Of a stretch of DNA of 64,000 bases, positions 1-9,095 are shown piece by piece. The notes beneath the pieces were generated by a model. The model was given only the letters and a program-made list of their open reading frames with translations, made no database searches and was not told where the DNA came from. Every line of letters starts with the position of its first letter. Position 1 is the stretch's first letter. The position numbers and the translations under genes were made by a program. The stretch comes from an uncultured bacterium (lineage in GTDB: Bacteria > Babelota > Babeliae > Babelales > JABCYS01): positions 136,209 to 200,208 of the forward strand of contig CAVPKK010000003.1 of assembly GCA_963705705.1 (NCBI GenBank). The letters are read 5' to 3'.

Positions 1-821
1 ATAATACGATGGTACATATCTTTAACTTGCGCCTCATTCCCCGCGACAATGGCTTCAAATAATACAAGTTCTGCACCTTGCTGCTCTGGAGTTTTGAATA
101 ATTCGAATTTAGGTTTATGCGCATGCCCCAGTACTTTTTGCAGTTGCTCATTAGTAAGCGGTATAGGATTATTAACCAGGCGCAACATATCAAGACGAGG
201 AAGTTTATCGAGGCCGGGAGGAAGATCGGAAAGTTGGTTGTTATCCAGGAAAAGAAGCTTCAGACTGGTTAAGCCTGATAAATCCGGTAATTGTGAAATT
301 TGATTGTCCTTTGCGGAAAGTGAAACAAGGTTGCCAAGCTTACCAATGGTTTCAGGAAGCGTGAGCAAATTATTACGACTCAGATTCAGATTTCTGAGGC
401 CGATCATATTACCTATATCTTCGGATAATTCTTGCAGGCCAACACTTACAAGAGATAATTTATGCAAATCAGATAGCGTATAGACGACATCAGGAAGAGA
501 TCTAAATTCGTTTTCCGTAAGATCAAGTATTTGAAGCTTTGGCATTGTAGCAATGCTATCGGGTAGGGTGGTAAGTTTGTTACCATTAAGAAAAAGCCCA
601 GTAATGTCATCGAAATGTCGCAAATGTTCTGCATCAAAGCCAACTAAATCAGTGAGCCCTATGTTTGCTAAATTACATTTGCCGTCCCTGAGAATTCCGC
701 CATCAACATCTGCCCAATGCGCTGGTTTTGCCGTGTCATTTCCGAAATAATATTCAAGAAATGAAACGGCTTGTGTCGTATTAGCGAATGCCAGTGATAT
801 CAGTAAGAGATTTTTGATCAC
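1..821 (-). CDS. Secreted leucine-rich-repeat protein (runs off window start; paralog of 54104-55888)
   Basis: Not in ORF track. AAGGAG precedes GTG at 821. Manual translation gives VIKNLLLISLAFANTTQA-VSFLEYYFGN, LRRs such as LFLNGNKLTTLPDSI and LNLSRNNLLTLPETIGKL, then NPIPLTNEQL...LFEAIVAGN. Confidence 0.85.
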   Translation of the reverse strand, partial: MIKNLLLISLAFANTTQAVSFLEYYFGNDTAKPAHWADVDGGILRDGKCNLANIGLTDLVGFDAEHLRHFDDITGLFLNGNKLTTLPDSIATMPKLQILDLTENEFRSLPDVVYTLSDLHKLSLVSVGLQELSEDIGNMIGLRNLNLSRNNLLTLPETIGKLGNLVSLSAKDNQISQLPDLSGLTSLKLLFLDNNQLSDLPPGLDKLPRLDMLRLVNNPIPLTNEQLQKVLGHAHKPKFELFKTPEQQGAELVLFEAIVAGNEAQVKDMYHRI

Positions 822-1187
822 AATCGCTCCTTAAATAGTTTTATTTCCTTATGCTTACTATTTACGGTAGCAAATTAGGAGAATAATTTTGAAGAATTAC
901 TCTTTGTTTTCGTCGCTAGCTTCAAGTATAGGGTCTTCATCTAAAGCAATTAAAACACCCAGATTTTCCAATTCGTCTTCGTTTTTCGTATCTGTCTCGG
1001 CACTTATTGGACTTACTTTCTTGAAAAGAGATTTATTAAAATCTTTGAATCCATATTTTATAAAACTGGGCAAAAATTATACAAGTATTGAGGTGTATAG
1101 CAAAAGGAGGAACACTGTTTAAAGGAATCCCGATGAGCATCTTAGAAATATACCATGTTTCTTGGCATCAAGGGCATTATCATTTGT

Positions 1188-2273
1188 TTAGTCAATATCG
1201 GAATGATCGGAATCTTCATCACGTATAAGAGCTTTTTTTGCATCAGACTCTTTGCTTTCATCGGCACTCATTTTCCGTTTAATCATGTTTTTGGCCTGAC
1301 CTTCTGGATTAATCAGGATTTGTGGTGCCAATGGTCTAGGCTGTGGTGTTGTATTAGGTTGTTTGTATTTTCTTAGATCAACCACAATGGCCGTCATGTT
1401 ATCTGTTCCGCCATGTATATTCGCGCAATTTACCAAACTAGTAGCGGCTATCTTACAGCTTTTGTGACGATTGAGGGCTTCTTTTACTACCGCGCAAGCA
1501 GTGTTGTAACATAAATCTTCTTTAATTTTTTTGGCTTCAGTATTTAAATTATTGTTAACAATGGCATTTGCTGCTTGAGAGAAAGCATTCCAAATACCTT
1601 TGGAGGTGAGAATCATGAACTTGTTTTCGGGCACAAGGTCAAACTGCTTGAGGAAGATGTTATTATCTGTACTAGGTTCCTCCCGTTCAAGAAACAAAAA
1701 GCAATCGTGCTTAATTAGATTTCGCGGTTTGCCGCAGCCGGCTACAAATATTCTTTGGTTTTTTATGAGAGCTATAATTCCTGCAACATTTGAAACAGCA
1801 TAAAATTTTTTGAACTCTTCCCCAACAGCAATTCCTGGATGATCCGCAAATTTATTGTGCCTGCAGATACAATCATGAAGAGTCTTGGTAGCCAGTTCGA
1901 TCGCTGCGCAATGTTCATGGTTAAATATTCCAAAAAAGGATGAATTTGGTAGCTCGTCATTTCCATAGCCATATTCTCTTATTTCAGTCTGCGCCCCCAT
2001 ATAATATGCAACGCCGAAGTCTTGATCAGCCATATTACATTTGGCTGCATTTAGAGCAGCTTTAGCAGTACTTATTTTATCTTTGAGTTCCCGTACGGTA
2101 ATTTCATTACCGGTCGTGTTAGCCGCTCGATCAGGAAGAACACGCATATAGAAATCGGTTGCCAATATAGACGGATTGGAAGAAGAACTAGTAGCAATGA
2201 GCAAACTGGTTTGCAAGCTGAGCATGAAGGTGCTGAGAATAATTAATGTAGAGCGGTTTATTAGAAGGTTCAT
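1188..2273 (-). CDS. PP2C/PPM-fold protein with signal peptide, degenerate metal ligands
   Basis: FFGIFNHE, AGCGKPR, FMILTSKGIWN and GGTDNMTAIVVDL align to PP2C motifs FDGHGG, GDSR, ASDGLWD and DN(I/M)T. Confidence 0.75.
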   Translation of the reverse strand: MNLLINRSTLIILSTFMLSLQTSLLIATSSSSNPSILATDFYMRVLPDRAANTTGNEITVRELKDKISTAKAALNAAKCNMADQDFGVAYYMGAQTEIREYGYGNDELPNSSFFGIFNHEHCAAIELATKTLHDCICRHNKFADHPGIAVGEEFKKFYAVSNVAGIIALIKNQRIFVAGCGKPRNLIKHDCFLFLEREEPSTDNNIFLKQFDLVPENKFMILTSKGIWNAFSQAANAIVNNNLNTEAKKIKEDLCYNTACAVVKEALNRHKSCKIAATSLVNCANIHGGTDNMTAIVVDLRKYKQPNTTPQPRPLAPQILINPEGQAKNMIKRKMSADESKESDAKKALIRDEDSDHSDID

Positions 2274-2322
2274 ATTGTATTCATTAAATCTTGCCTTAAT
2301 TGCAGCATGAAGGCAGAAAACG

Positions 2323-3432
2323 TTAGCTCGTGTGGTTTAGTAATTTTCGAAGATCAATCACAATGGCTGTCATATTATCTTTGCCGCCATGCACACTCGC
2401 ACAATTTACCAAACTGTTAGCTGCTGCCTCACAACTATTATGCCGATGGAAAGCTTCATGAACAATCGCTGCCGCAGTTTGATAGCCTAATTTGCGAAGG
2501 ATCATGGCTCTGGTAGATGCAACGGCGCCCTTGAAACTTAAAGATTTGGTATCAATTGCTCCTGTTGCTTGGCTTAATGCTTGCTTAACAGGGGCTTCAG
2601 CAGCCTCATAGCTTAAGGCTTCTTCAAACATTCCCGAATTAGCCCCTGAAGTTTTGCCATCTTTAGTTCCTTTAATAGCTGTGTATGCTGCGTTGTAAAA
2701 GGCATCCCAAATACCCTTGGAAGCGAGTATCAGAAACCTAGGTACAGGCTCAATGCCATTTTCGGGGTCAAGATCTATAGATTCGGAATACATATTCTCA
2801 TGTTTGTGGTCTTCATCATATTTAGCGGGCAGCATATCAATTGTCCATTTCGAACCTGGTTTTAAATGATAGTTCAACGCCAATAAACGAGACTTGCCAA
2901 TCCATGAATAATACAGCCTTTTGTCTTTTATCAGTGCTACGATACCTGGCGTTGTAGGATGTGATTGCGCAGTTGAAGCCGGCACACTTTGATGAAAGGT
3001 CGCAAAGGTATCCTTAATTGCTGATTCGAGATCATCTGTAACCTTTTGATGAGAAAGGATTTTATTATAAAGTCCTTTGGCAGCAGCTTGGGCAATCGCG
3101 GGATTCTTTTGGCCATCAAATATGCTAAAAAAAGATGGCCCATCCGGAGGTGTTACTACATGATGATAGTCTGACCTTTTCAGGCTTTTACCTGGGGAAT
3201 ACGCTACACAAAAGCGCTTATCCGTCATGACAGCCGTAGCAGCATTTTCTTCATTTTCTTTATCCGCGGCAGCCATTGTAGCGGCTATTTTTGCTCGAGC
3301 TTCTTTTTCCATCGACTTTAATGCGCGTTCAATGAAATCATCCGGGCTTAGCGTCGGCGTGGCGCTGGTAGCGTTCAGTGAAACGAATAAAAATCCAAGA
3401 ATGAAGAGGATGAAACTAAATCGTACAGGCAT
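2323..3432 (-). CDS. PP2C/PPM-fold protein with signal peptide, degenerate metal ligands (tandem paralog)
   Basis: FFSIFDGQ, WIGKSR, FLILASKGIWD, GGKDNMTAIVIDL; hydrophobic N-terminus. Confidence 0.75.
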   Translation of the reverse strand: MPVRFSFILFILGFLFVSLNATSATPTLSPDDFIERALKSMEKEARAKIAATMAAADKENEENAATAVMTDKRFCVAYSPGKSLKRSDYHHVVTPPDGPSFFSIFDGQKNPAIAQAAAKGLYNKILSHQKVTDDLESAIKDTFATFHQSVPASTAQSHPTTPGIVALIKDKRLYYSWIGKSRLLALNYHLKPGSKWTIDMLPAKYDEDHKHENMYSESIDLDPENGIEPVPRFLILASKGIWDAFYNAAYTAIKGTKDGKTSGANSGMFEEALSYEAAEAPVKQALSQATGAIDTKSLSFKGAVASTRAMILRKLGYQTAAAIVHEAFHRHNSCEAAANSLVNCASVHGGKDNMTAIVIDLRKLLNHTS

Positions 3433-3541
3433 GTTCTTCCTAACCGTTGTGGTTTCAGAGTTTGCCGAGAATGGCGTTCGGCGTCAAAGGGCTGCATATA
3501 TGATCAGGACAAGGAAAATGGGTCGATCTAATCGGTGGCCA

Positions 3542-3991
3542 TTATTTGAGATTTTTGAGCAGTTTGAGCTCTTGCCGGTGCATGACTTTATAATCGGCAT
3601 CGGTGATATGATCATAGCCCAATAGATGCAACATACCATGAACTAATATGAGCTTGAGACGGTCTTGCGGATCCACGCCGTATGTTTTTGCATCGCGGCC
3701 GACGATGGCTGGCGCAATAATCAGGTCGCCTAAAACCTTATCTTCAGGATCTGTGGCCTTGATCCGTTGGCCTGCCTTCAGGTTGGGGTAGAAAGGGAAT
3801 GACAATACGTCAGTTGGCCCTTTTTTGGTGCGATACTGCTCGTTGAAGCGAGCAATGGTGCGCGGCGCGCAAAACCAAATGTTGAGATCAAATTCTTTAT
3901 AATCCAGCTCATCCAGGATGGTCTGAGCCCAACGGCGTACCTGCCGCGTATTAATAGGAATGGATTTCTGGGTGTTTTTGATCAGGATCAT
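3542..3991 (-). CDS. ybeY: rRNA maturation endoribonuclease YbeY
   Basis: PTDVLSFP and HGMLHLLGYDH motifs. Confidence 0.95.
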   Translation of the reverse strand: MILIKNTQKSIPINTRQVRRWAQTILDELDYKEFDLNIWFCAPRTIARFNEQYRTKKGPTDVLSFPFYPNLKAGQRIKATDPEDKVLGDLIIAPAIVGRDAKTYGVDPQDRLKLILVHGMLHLLGYDHITDADYKVMHRQELKLLKNLK

Positions 3992-6555
3992 ATCCCAACT
4001 CGGGCATGCCAGGTTCCATCCTTTTCTTCTAGTAGCGAACCGTCGCAGACTCCATTGTTATTCACAATAGTCTCTGCCTGTGACACGCCCTTAATCAATA
4101 ATTCTTGCGATCGTACTTCATCGAGCGCTGCTTGATCAGCCGAACATATAATTAAGGTATGTAACGGTGTTTTAAGGGAAAGCTGTTTTTCAGATTTTAA
4201 TTTCCGAACTGCAGCAATTACGCTTAACACCCAAGTCATGCTATCAACGCTGCTTGGGAATGCGAACCTCTTCTGAACTTCGTTTATGCTTGTGTGGTGA
4301 ATTGAGCTGATGGCATCATTTTTATAGACCGACTCAAAAATAGCTTCAGTTACATGTGGCAAGTATGGTGCATATAACTGCAACAATCGTAAACCAAGGT
4401 GATGTAAGGTCCATTTTGTTGCCGCTACCATATCGGCTGGGTATTTTTCAGGTTTGAATAATTGATCTTTCACCAGCTCGAGATAATTGTCGCAGACGTC
4501 CTGCCAGAAAAATTCTTCTACCGCATTCAATGCATGGCCAAATTCATTTTGCTCAAATGCTTGGTGGTACCGGCTGAAGCAATTGCTTGCGCGATCAAGA
4601 ATCCATTCATTTACGGGATACAACTTTATTGGTTCTGGCGCTTGCTTGCCAACATCCTGGACATGTTCGGCTATAAAGCGCATGGCATTCCAAATTTTGG
4701 TAACCAAACGCTGGCCGATATTTAGCTGGTTTTCCGTAAACGGAATGTCTTGGCCCAGGCTGCCAGATGCTGTCCAATATCGTATGACATCAGCTGAATA
4801 TCTTTCCAGCAAATTATGGGGTGTTGTTCTTTCATTGCCCTTGGATTTGGAAAGCTTTTCCTTGCTATCAGCAAGTACGTGCCCTGAAATAATAATATTA
4901 TTCCATGGAATGGTTTGCTGATGCATCCAAACCTTTACTATAGTATCGAACGCCCAGGTGCGAATAATATCATGCGCTTGTGGCCGCATTGTCATCAAGG
5001 CCTTAGGCCCTGAACCAGAAAAGCGATCAGACACGCTATAGACAGTCGATGTTAAGTCAAAGTTTTTTCCTGTTTTTTGATAAAACAACTGCGCACATAT
5101 ATAAGGAGTAAGTGATGACGTGTTCCAGGTATCCATCACATCACGGTCAGGAGTAATATCCTTACCGCCACATTGTGTACAGCTAGCAGGTGCCGTTTCT
5201 TGCGGATCTACCGGCAACTGTTTTTCATCTGCCAGAATCACGGCATTACAGCTAGCGCAGTACCATGCTGGAAATGGAATGCCAAAGAATCGTTGGCGAG
5301 AAATACACCAATCCCAGCCCAGGTGCTCAACCCAATCGTTATAACGAGATTTCATAAAGGTCGGGTACCAGTTAATTTGGTCTGCCATTTCAATGAACGT
5401 TTTCTTGTGATCCAAAATATTAACAAACCATTGTTTTAACGGCATGAACTCAATTTCACGCTTGCAACGTTCATGTACATTCACAGCATGAGTGATTGGC
5501 TTCTGGTTTTTGAGTAGGCCCTGCTCTTTCAATTTTTCCAATACAGCGTTACGCGCCGCTTCAGCTTTCAATCCTGCCAAGAATCCGGCTTCGGTAGTCC
5601 ATTTTCCATCCAGGCCAATAACTGCTCGATATGGCAGATTAAATTTCTTAACCCACGCGATATCAGTTTTATCACCAAAGGTGCAGACCATTACCAGACC
5701 TGTTCCCTTATCTATTTGGACTGATTCATCAGCGAGAATTGGCACTTCTTGGCCGAATAAGGGAACTATTGCTTTTTTGCCAGCCAGATGTTGGTACCTG
5801 GGATCATCCGGGTTATAGAGCATAGCAACACATGCTGGCAATAACTCAGGCCGCGTGGTCCCGATGACCAATTCCTGACCATCCGTTGTCTTGAAAATGA
5901 TATCATTAAAGAAGGACGGTTTTTCGACGTCCTCTAATTCTGCCTGGGCAACTGAGGTGCGACATACCGTGCAATAGAGCGCAGGCTCATATTTGCGGTA
6001 AACGTATCCTTTTTTATACAGTTCAATAAATGAAGCTTGAGACAATGCCCGTGTAGAAGCAGAAATGGTTGAATAACACGAATCCCAATCAACTGAGAGG
6101 CCAATGCTCCGCCAAAGCTTTTCAAACTCTTTTTCAACCTCTGCGGTTACCTCTAAGCACACATTAATGAATGCTGATCTGCCTAATTGGTAAGCGGTAA
6201 TCTCTTTTTTCTTTTCAACAAACCGCTCAGTCGGCAATCCATTATCATCAAAGCCGAATGGATAAAAAACCTTTTTTCCCTGCAAACGCTGATACCGAGC
6301 TATGATGTCGGTCTGCGTGTATGAAAAAATGTGACCGATATGCAATGAACCGGAAACCGTCGGCGGCGGGGTATCAACGCTATATAGTGCGCCATGATAA
6401 TTTTCCATGGCATTTGTTTTTTCAGCTTCCCAACGTTGTTGGATCCGCTGCTCTTCTGATTTGGCGTTGTATTGACAACTACGTTGTCTAAATTGCGCTT
6501 CGCTCGCTTGGGTCTGGTCAGACCCCGACTCACTTTGCTTATATTGTTTTTCCAC
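3988..6555 (-). CDS. valS: Valyl-tRNA synthetase (archaeal-like type 2)
   Basis: DTPPPTVSGSLHIGH, DWCISRQR, RPQAHDIIRTW, KLSKS. Confidence 0.95.
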   Translation of the reverse strand: MEKQYKQSESGSDQTQASEAQFRQRSCQYNAKSEEQRIQQRWEAEKTNAMENYHGALYSVDTPPPTVSGSLHIGHIFSYTQTDIIARYQRLQGKKVFYPFGFDDNGLPTERFVEKKKEITAYQLGRSAFINVCLEVTAEVEKEFEKLWRSIGLSVDWDSCYSTISASTRALSQASFIELYKKGYVYRKYEPALYCTVCRTSVAQAELEDVEKPSFFNDIIFKTTDGQELVIGTTRPELLPACVAMLYNPDDPRYQHLAGKKAIVPLFGQEVPILADESVQIDKGTGLVMVCTFGDKTDIAWVKKFNLPYRAVIGLDGKWTTEAGFLAGLKAEAARNAVLEKLKEQGLLKNQKPITHAVNVHERCKREIEFMPLKQWFVNILDHKKTFIEMADQINWYPTFMKSRYNDWVEHLGWDWCISRQRFFGIPFPAWYCASCNAVILADEKQLPVDPQETAPASCTQCGGKDITPDRDVMDTWNTSSLTPYICAQLFYQKTGKNFDLTSTVYSVSDRFSGSGPKALMTMRPQAHDIIRTWAFDTIVKVWMHQQTIPWNNIIISGHVLADSKEKLSKSKGNERTTPHNLLERYSADVIRYWTASGSLGQDIPFTENQLNIGQRLVTKIWNAMRFIAEHVQDVGKQAPEPIKLYPVNEWILDRASNCFSRYHQAFEQNEFGHALNAVEEFFWQDVCDNYLELVKDQLFKPEKYPADMVAATKWTLHHLGLRLLQLYAPYLPHVTEAIFESVYKNDAISSIHHTSINEVQKRFAFPSSVDSMTWVLSVIAAVRKLKSEKQLSLKTPLHTLIICSADQAALDEVRSQELLIKGVSQAETIVNNNGVCDGSLLEEKDGTWHARVGI
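6469..6546. repeat. 72-bp palindromic in-frame insert in the valS 5' end, flanked by a CAATA(T/C) duplication
   Basis: MEKQY[KQSESGSDQTQASEAQFRQRSCQY]NAKSEE; hairpins GGGTCT-GACC-AGACCC and GACAAC-GTA-GTTGTC. Confidence 0.6.
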
Positions 6556-6733
6556 GCGATAACTCTTTAGCTAAATTAAATTAGGAGATGGTATTGTAAG
6601 TCTAGATCTGTGCTGGGTCAAAAGCATCTCTTTAGTAGATGTTGTAAATCCAGTCCGAGGCTCATGAATCTTTCGCGTTGAAGGCGATACTGCTTTCAGC
6701 TAGACTGGCCATATCATTAATTCAAAAAGCGGA

Positions 6734-8464
6734 GTGCGTGTGCAAGATTTAATTTCAATTCTTCTCCAGCTAAAGGCCATAACGCCAGAGCAACGTATCC
6801 AATGCGAAGCTGATACTGCAGTGACTAAGCAACCTATTGAGCAGTGTCTGTTGCAACGTGGTTTTATAACTCCTGAACTCTTGGCTCAAGCATACGCCAA
6901 ACAATTTAATATTCCCTACGTTCAGCAAATTAATGAATCGATGGCCGATCCGGTCTTGCTTGCTCGCATTCCCCTTAAATTTCTTCGCGATAATACGGTC
7001 ATGCCAGTTACCTATGAAGGCAACGTCATCTTATTAACGGCCGATCCCCGCAATTTTCAGGCAACCGATGAGCTGAATCTTATTTTAGGTGGCGATTTAG
7101 GTATCGGTATCGCCACAGCCAAAACCATTTTGGATGGAATCAACCGATTTTATCCGCTCGAAGGGGCCAAGCAGCTAGTTGCCGAGCTTGAGGAAGAGCA
7201 AGGGCTATCGGCGGAGGCGGTAGATTTTGGTGCCATCGAAGAAACTGAAATAACCGGTGCGGTTGCAGAGGCTCCGATTATTAAATTGGTTAATCACATT
7301 CTCTATCAGGCGGTCAAGCAAGGTGCATCGGATATTCATATTGAGCCGTATGAAAAAGAGTTGCATGTGCGCTATCGTATTGATGGTGTAATGCAGGTAG
7401 CGCTAACGCCACCTAAGCGTGCGCAAGCGGCGCTGATATCGCGTATCAAAATAATGGCGAACATGAATATTGCTGAAAAGCGCAAGCCGCAGGGTGGCCG
7501 GATCATGGTTCGCGTAGCTGATAAGCCAATCGATATTCGTGTATCTATTGTGCCGGTACAGTTTGGCGAGCGTGTGGTAATGCGATTGCTTGATAAATCA
7601 AAGGCACTCGTAGCCCTATCGGGCATTGGCTTTTCCGATCGAGACATACGGGTATTAACTAAAGCTATTGAACGACCAAATGGCATTATTTTGGTTTCAG
7701 GTCCAACCGGTTCTGGTAAAACAACTACATTGTATGCCATTCTATCACAGCTCAATACGCCTGATGTAAATATTATGACGGTTGAAGATCCGATTGAGTA
7801 TCAGATTGCTGGCATTGCCCAAATTCAAGTGCAAGAAAAAATTGGTCTTACTTTCGCAGCAGCATTGCGTGAAATTTTGCGACAAGACCCCGACATTATT
7901 ATGATCGGTGAAACTCGTGATAGTGAAACCGCACAAATTGCTATTCAAGCAGCACTCACTGGCCACTTGGTGTTGAGTACTATTCACACCAATAATGCGC
8001 CGGCCACCATTACTCGTTTGATTGACATGGGTATAGAACCATTCTTAATTGCGTCGACCATTGTGTGTATTGTAGCCCAACGTTTGGTGCGCATGTTATG
8101 CCCGAATTGCAAGGTTCAATTTACACCACCAGCCGATTTGATCGCATCGCTTGGTCTCAGTGCGGCAGAAGCCAAAAAGATTACTTTTTACAAAGCAGTC
8201 GGTTGCCCAAATTGCAGCAATACAGGATATAAAGGCCGCCTAGCTATTTTTGAAATCATGGAAATGACGCCAGAGGTTGCTCATTTGACCATGCAACGTG
8301 CTGATGCCAACGTTGTTCGACGGCAAGCAATTGCGGATGGCATGACCATGATGATTCAAGATGGCGTTCGCCGCTTGCGAGAAGGTGTAACCACTATCGA
8401 AGAAGTACTGTCGGCTGCAGTGAGCGAGGAACCAGGCGAACGTGATTTCGAAATCGCGGCATAA
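6734..8464 (+). CDS. gspE: GspE/PilB-family secretion/pilus assembly ATPase
   Basis: ASDIHIEP, Walker A GPTGSGKTTT, LRQDPD, GHLVLSTIHTN, CxxC...CxxC. Confidence 0.9.
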   Translation: MRVQDLISILLQLKAITPEQRIQCEADTAVTKQPIEQCLLQRGFITPELLAQAYAKQFNIPYVQQINESMADPVLLARIPLKFLRDNTVMPVTYEGNVILLTADPRNFQATDELNLILGGDLGIGIATAKTILDGINRFYPLEGAKQLVAELEEEQGLSAEAVDFGAIEETEITGAVAEAPIIKLVNHILYQAVKQGASDIHIEPYEKELHVRYRIDGVMQVALTPPKRAQAALISRIKIMANMNIAEKRKPQGGRIMVRVADKPIDIRVSIVPVQFGERVVMRLLDKSKALVALSGIGFSDRDIRVLTKAIERPNGIILVSGPTGSGKTTTLYAILSQLNTPDVNIMTVEDPIEYQIAGIAQIQVQEKIGLTFAAALREILRQDPDIIMIGETRDSETAQIAIQAALTGHLVLSTIHTNNAPATITRLIDMGIEPFLIASTIVCIVAQRLVRMLCPNCKVQFTPPADLIASLGLSAAEAKKITFYKAVGCPNCSNTGYKGRLAIFEIMEMTPEVAHLTMQRADANVVRRQAIADGMTMMIQDGVRRLREGVTTIEEVLSAAVSEEPGERDFEIAA

Positions 8465-8467
8465 CCA

Positions 8468-8518
8468 CCAGGGCGCGCCCTGGACCCGATATGCGATTAA
8501 AATCTGCGTAGGCGAGTC
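8468..8518 (+). repeat. Repeat module E (palindrome AGGGCRCGCCCT ... CGTAGGCGAGTC)
   Basis: Homologous to 11983-12035; both copies directly follow a stop codon; palindrome also at 58344-58362. Confidence 0.7.
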
Positions 8519-9094
8519 GTGTTGGATTTTAAGATTCCCCCTAATTTAACCTGGCTATTGAAAGAACCCGCTCGTCCTGAGCCTGTCGACCCTTCGATAC
8601 ATTTTGCTTCGCAAAACACTCAGGGCGATCGGCATGGGGTCCCCAAAACTCGGGTTCCCTTACAGGGTGAGTTTGGGGTAAAAGGATGCGAGCGGCATTG
8701 CGCGAAAAAAGAGTGGATACTCAGCGGCCATTCACTTATTGAACTTACCGTCGTCCTTACCATCTTCACATTCTTTTCAGGCCTATCCATCGGCACCTTA
8801 TCCTATCTTGAGCGGATGACCGTCCGATGTGCTGCAGAAAAACTATTTACTGATATTTCGCATATACAACAGCAAGCGTTAGTTTCAGGCGAGCCGCAAA
8901 CGATCGAGTTGTCTGAATATGTATTGTCGCGCGGGGTCCATTTTTCTGCTATCACATTTCCTCATGAGAAAATAATCGCTGCCGCATCTGGTGTTATTTG
9001 CGCGGGATCTGTGTATCTTACAGATGATAAAAATTGGACGTATGCGGTGACAGTACCGGTTGGTGGTGCGGCTGCACGAATTGCTCAAAAATAA
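8519..9094 (+). CDS. Prepilin/pseudopilin (GspH/FimT-like); start uncertain (GTG 8519 or TTG 8522/8558)
   Basis: SG|HSLIELTVVLTIF prepilin-like cleavage site with Glu+5 and a hydrophobic helix; lies downstream of gspE. Confidence 0.7.
   Translation: MLDFKIPPNLTWLLKEPARPEPVDPSIHFASQNTQGDRHGVPKTRVPLQGEFGVKGCERHCAKKEWILSGHSLIELTVVLTIFTFFSGLSIGTLSYLERMTVRCAAEKLFTDISHIQQQALVSGEPQTIELSEYVLSRGVHFSAITFPHEKIIAAASGVICAGSVYLTDDKNWTYAVTVPVGGAAARIAQK
8568..8695 (+). repeat. Composite repeat: module A interrupted by modules C and B
   Basis: CCGCTCGTCCTGAGCCTGTCGA-[insert]-AAGGATGCGAGCGG; uninterrupted A is at 16339-16373, C at 48031-48076, B at 42603-42648. Confidence 0.85.
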
Positions 9095-9095
9095 T

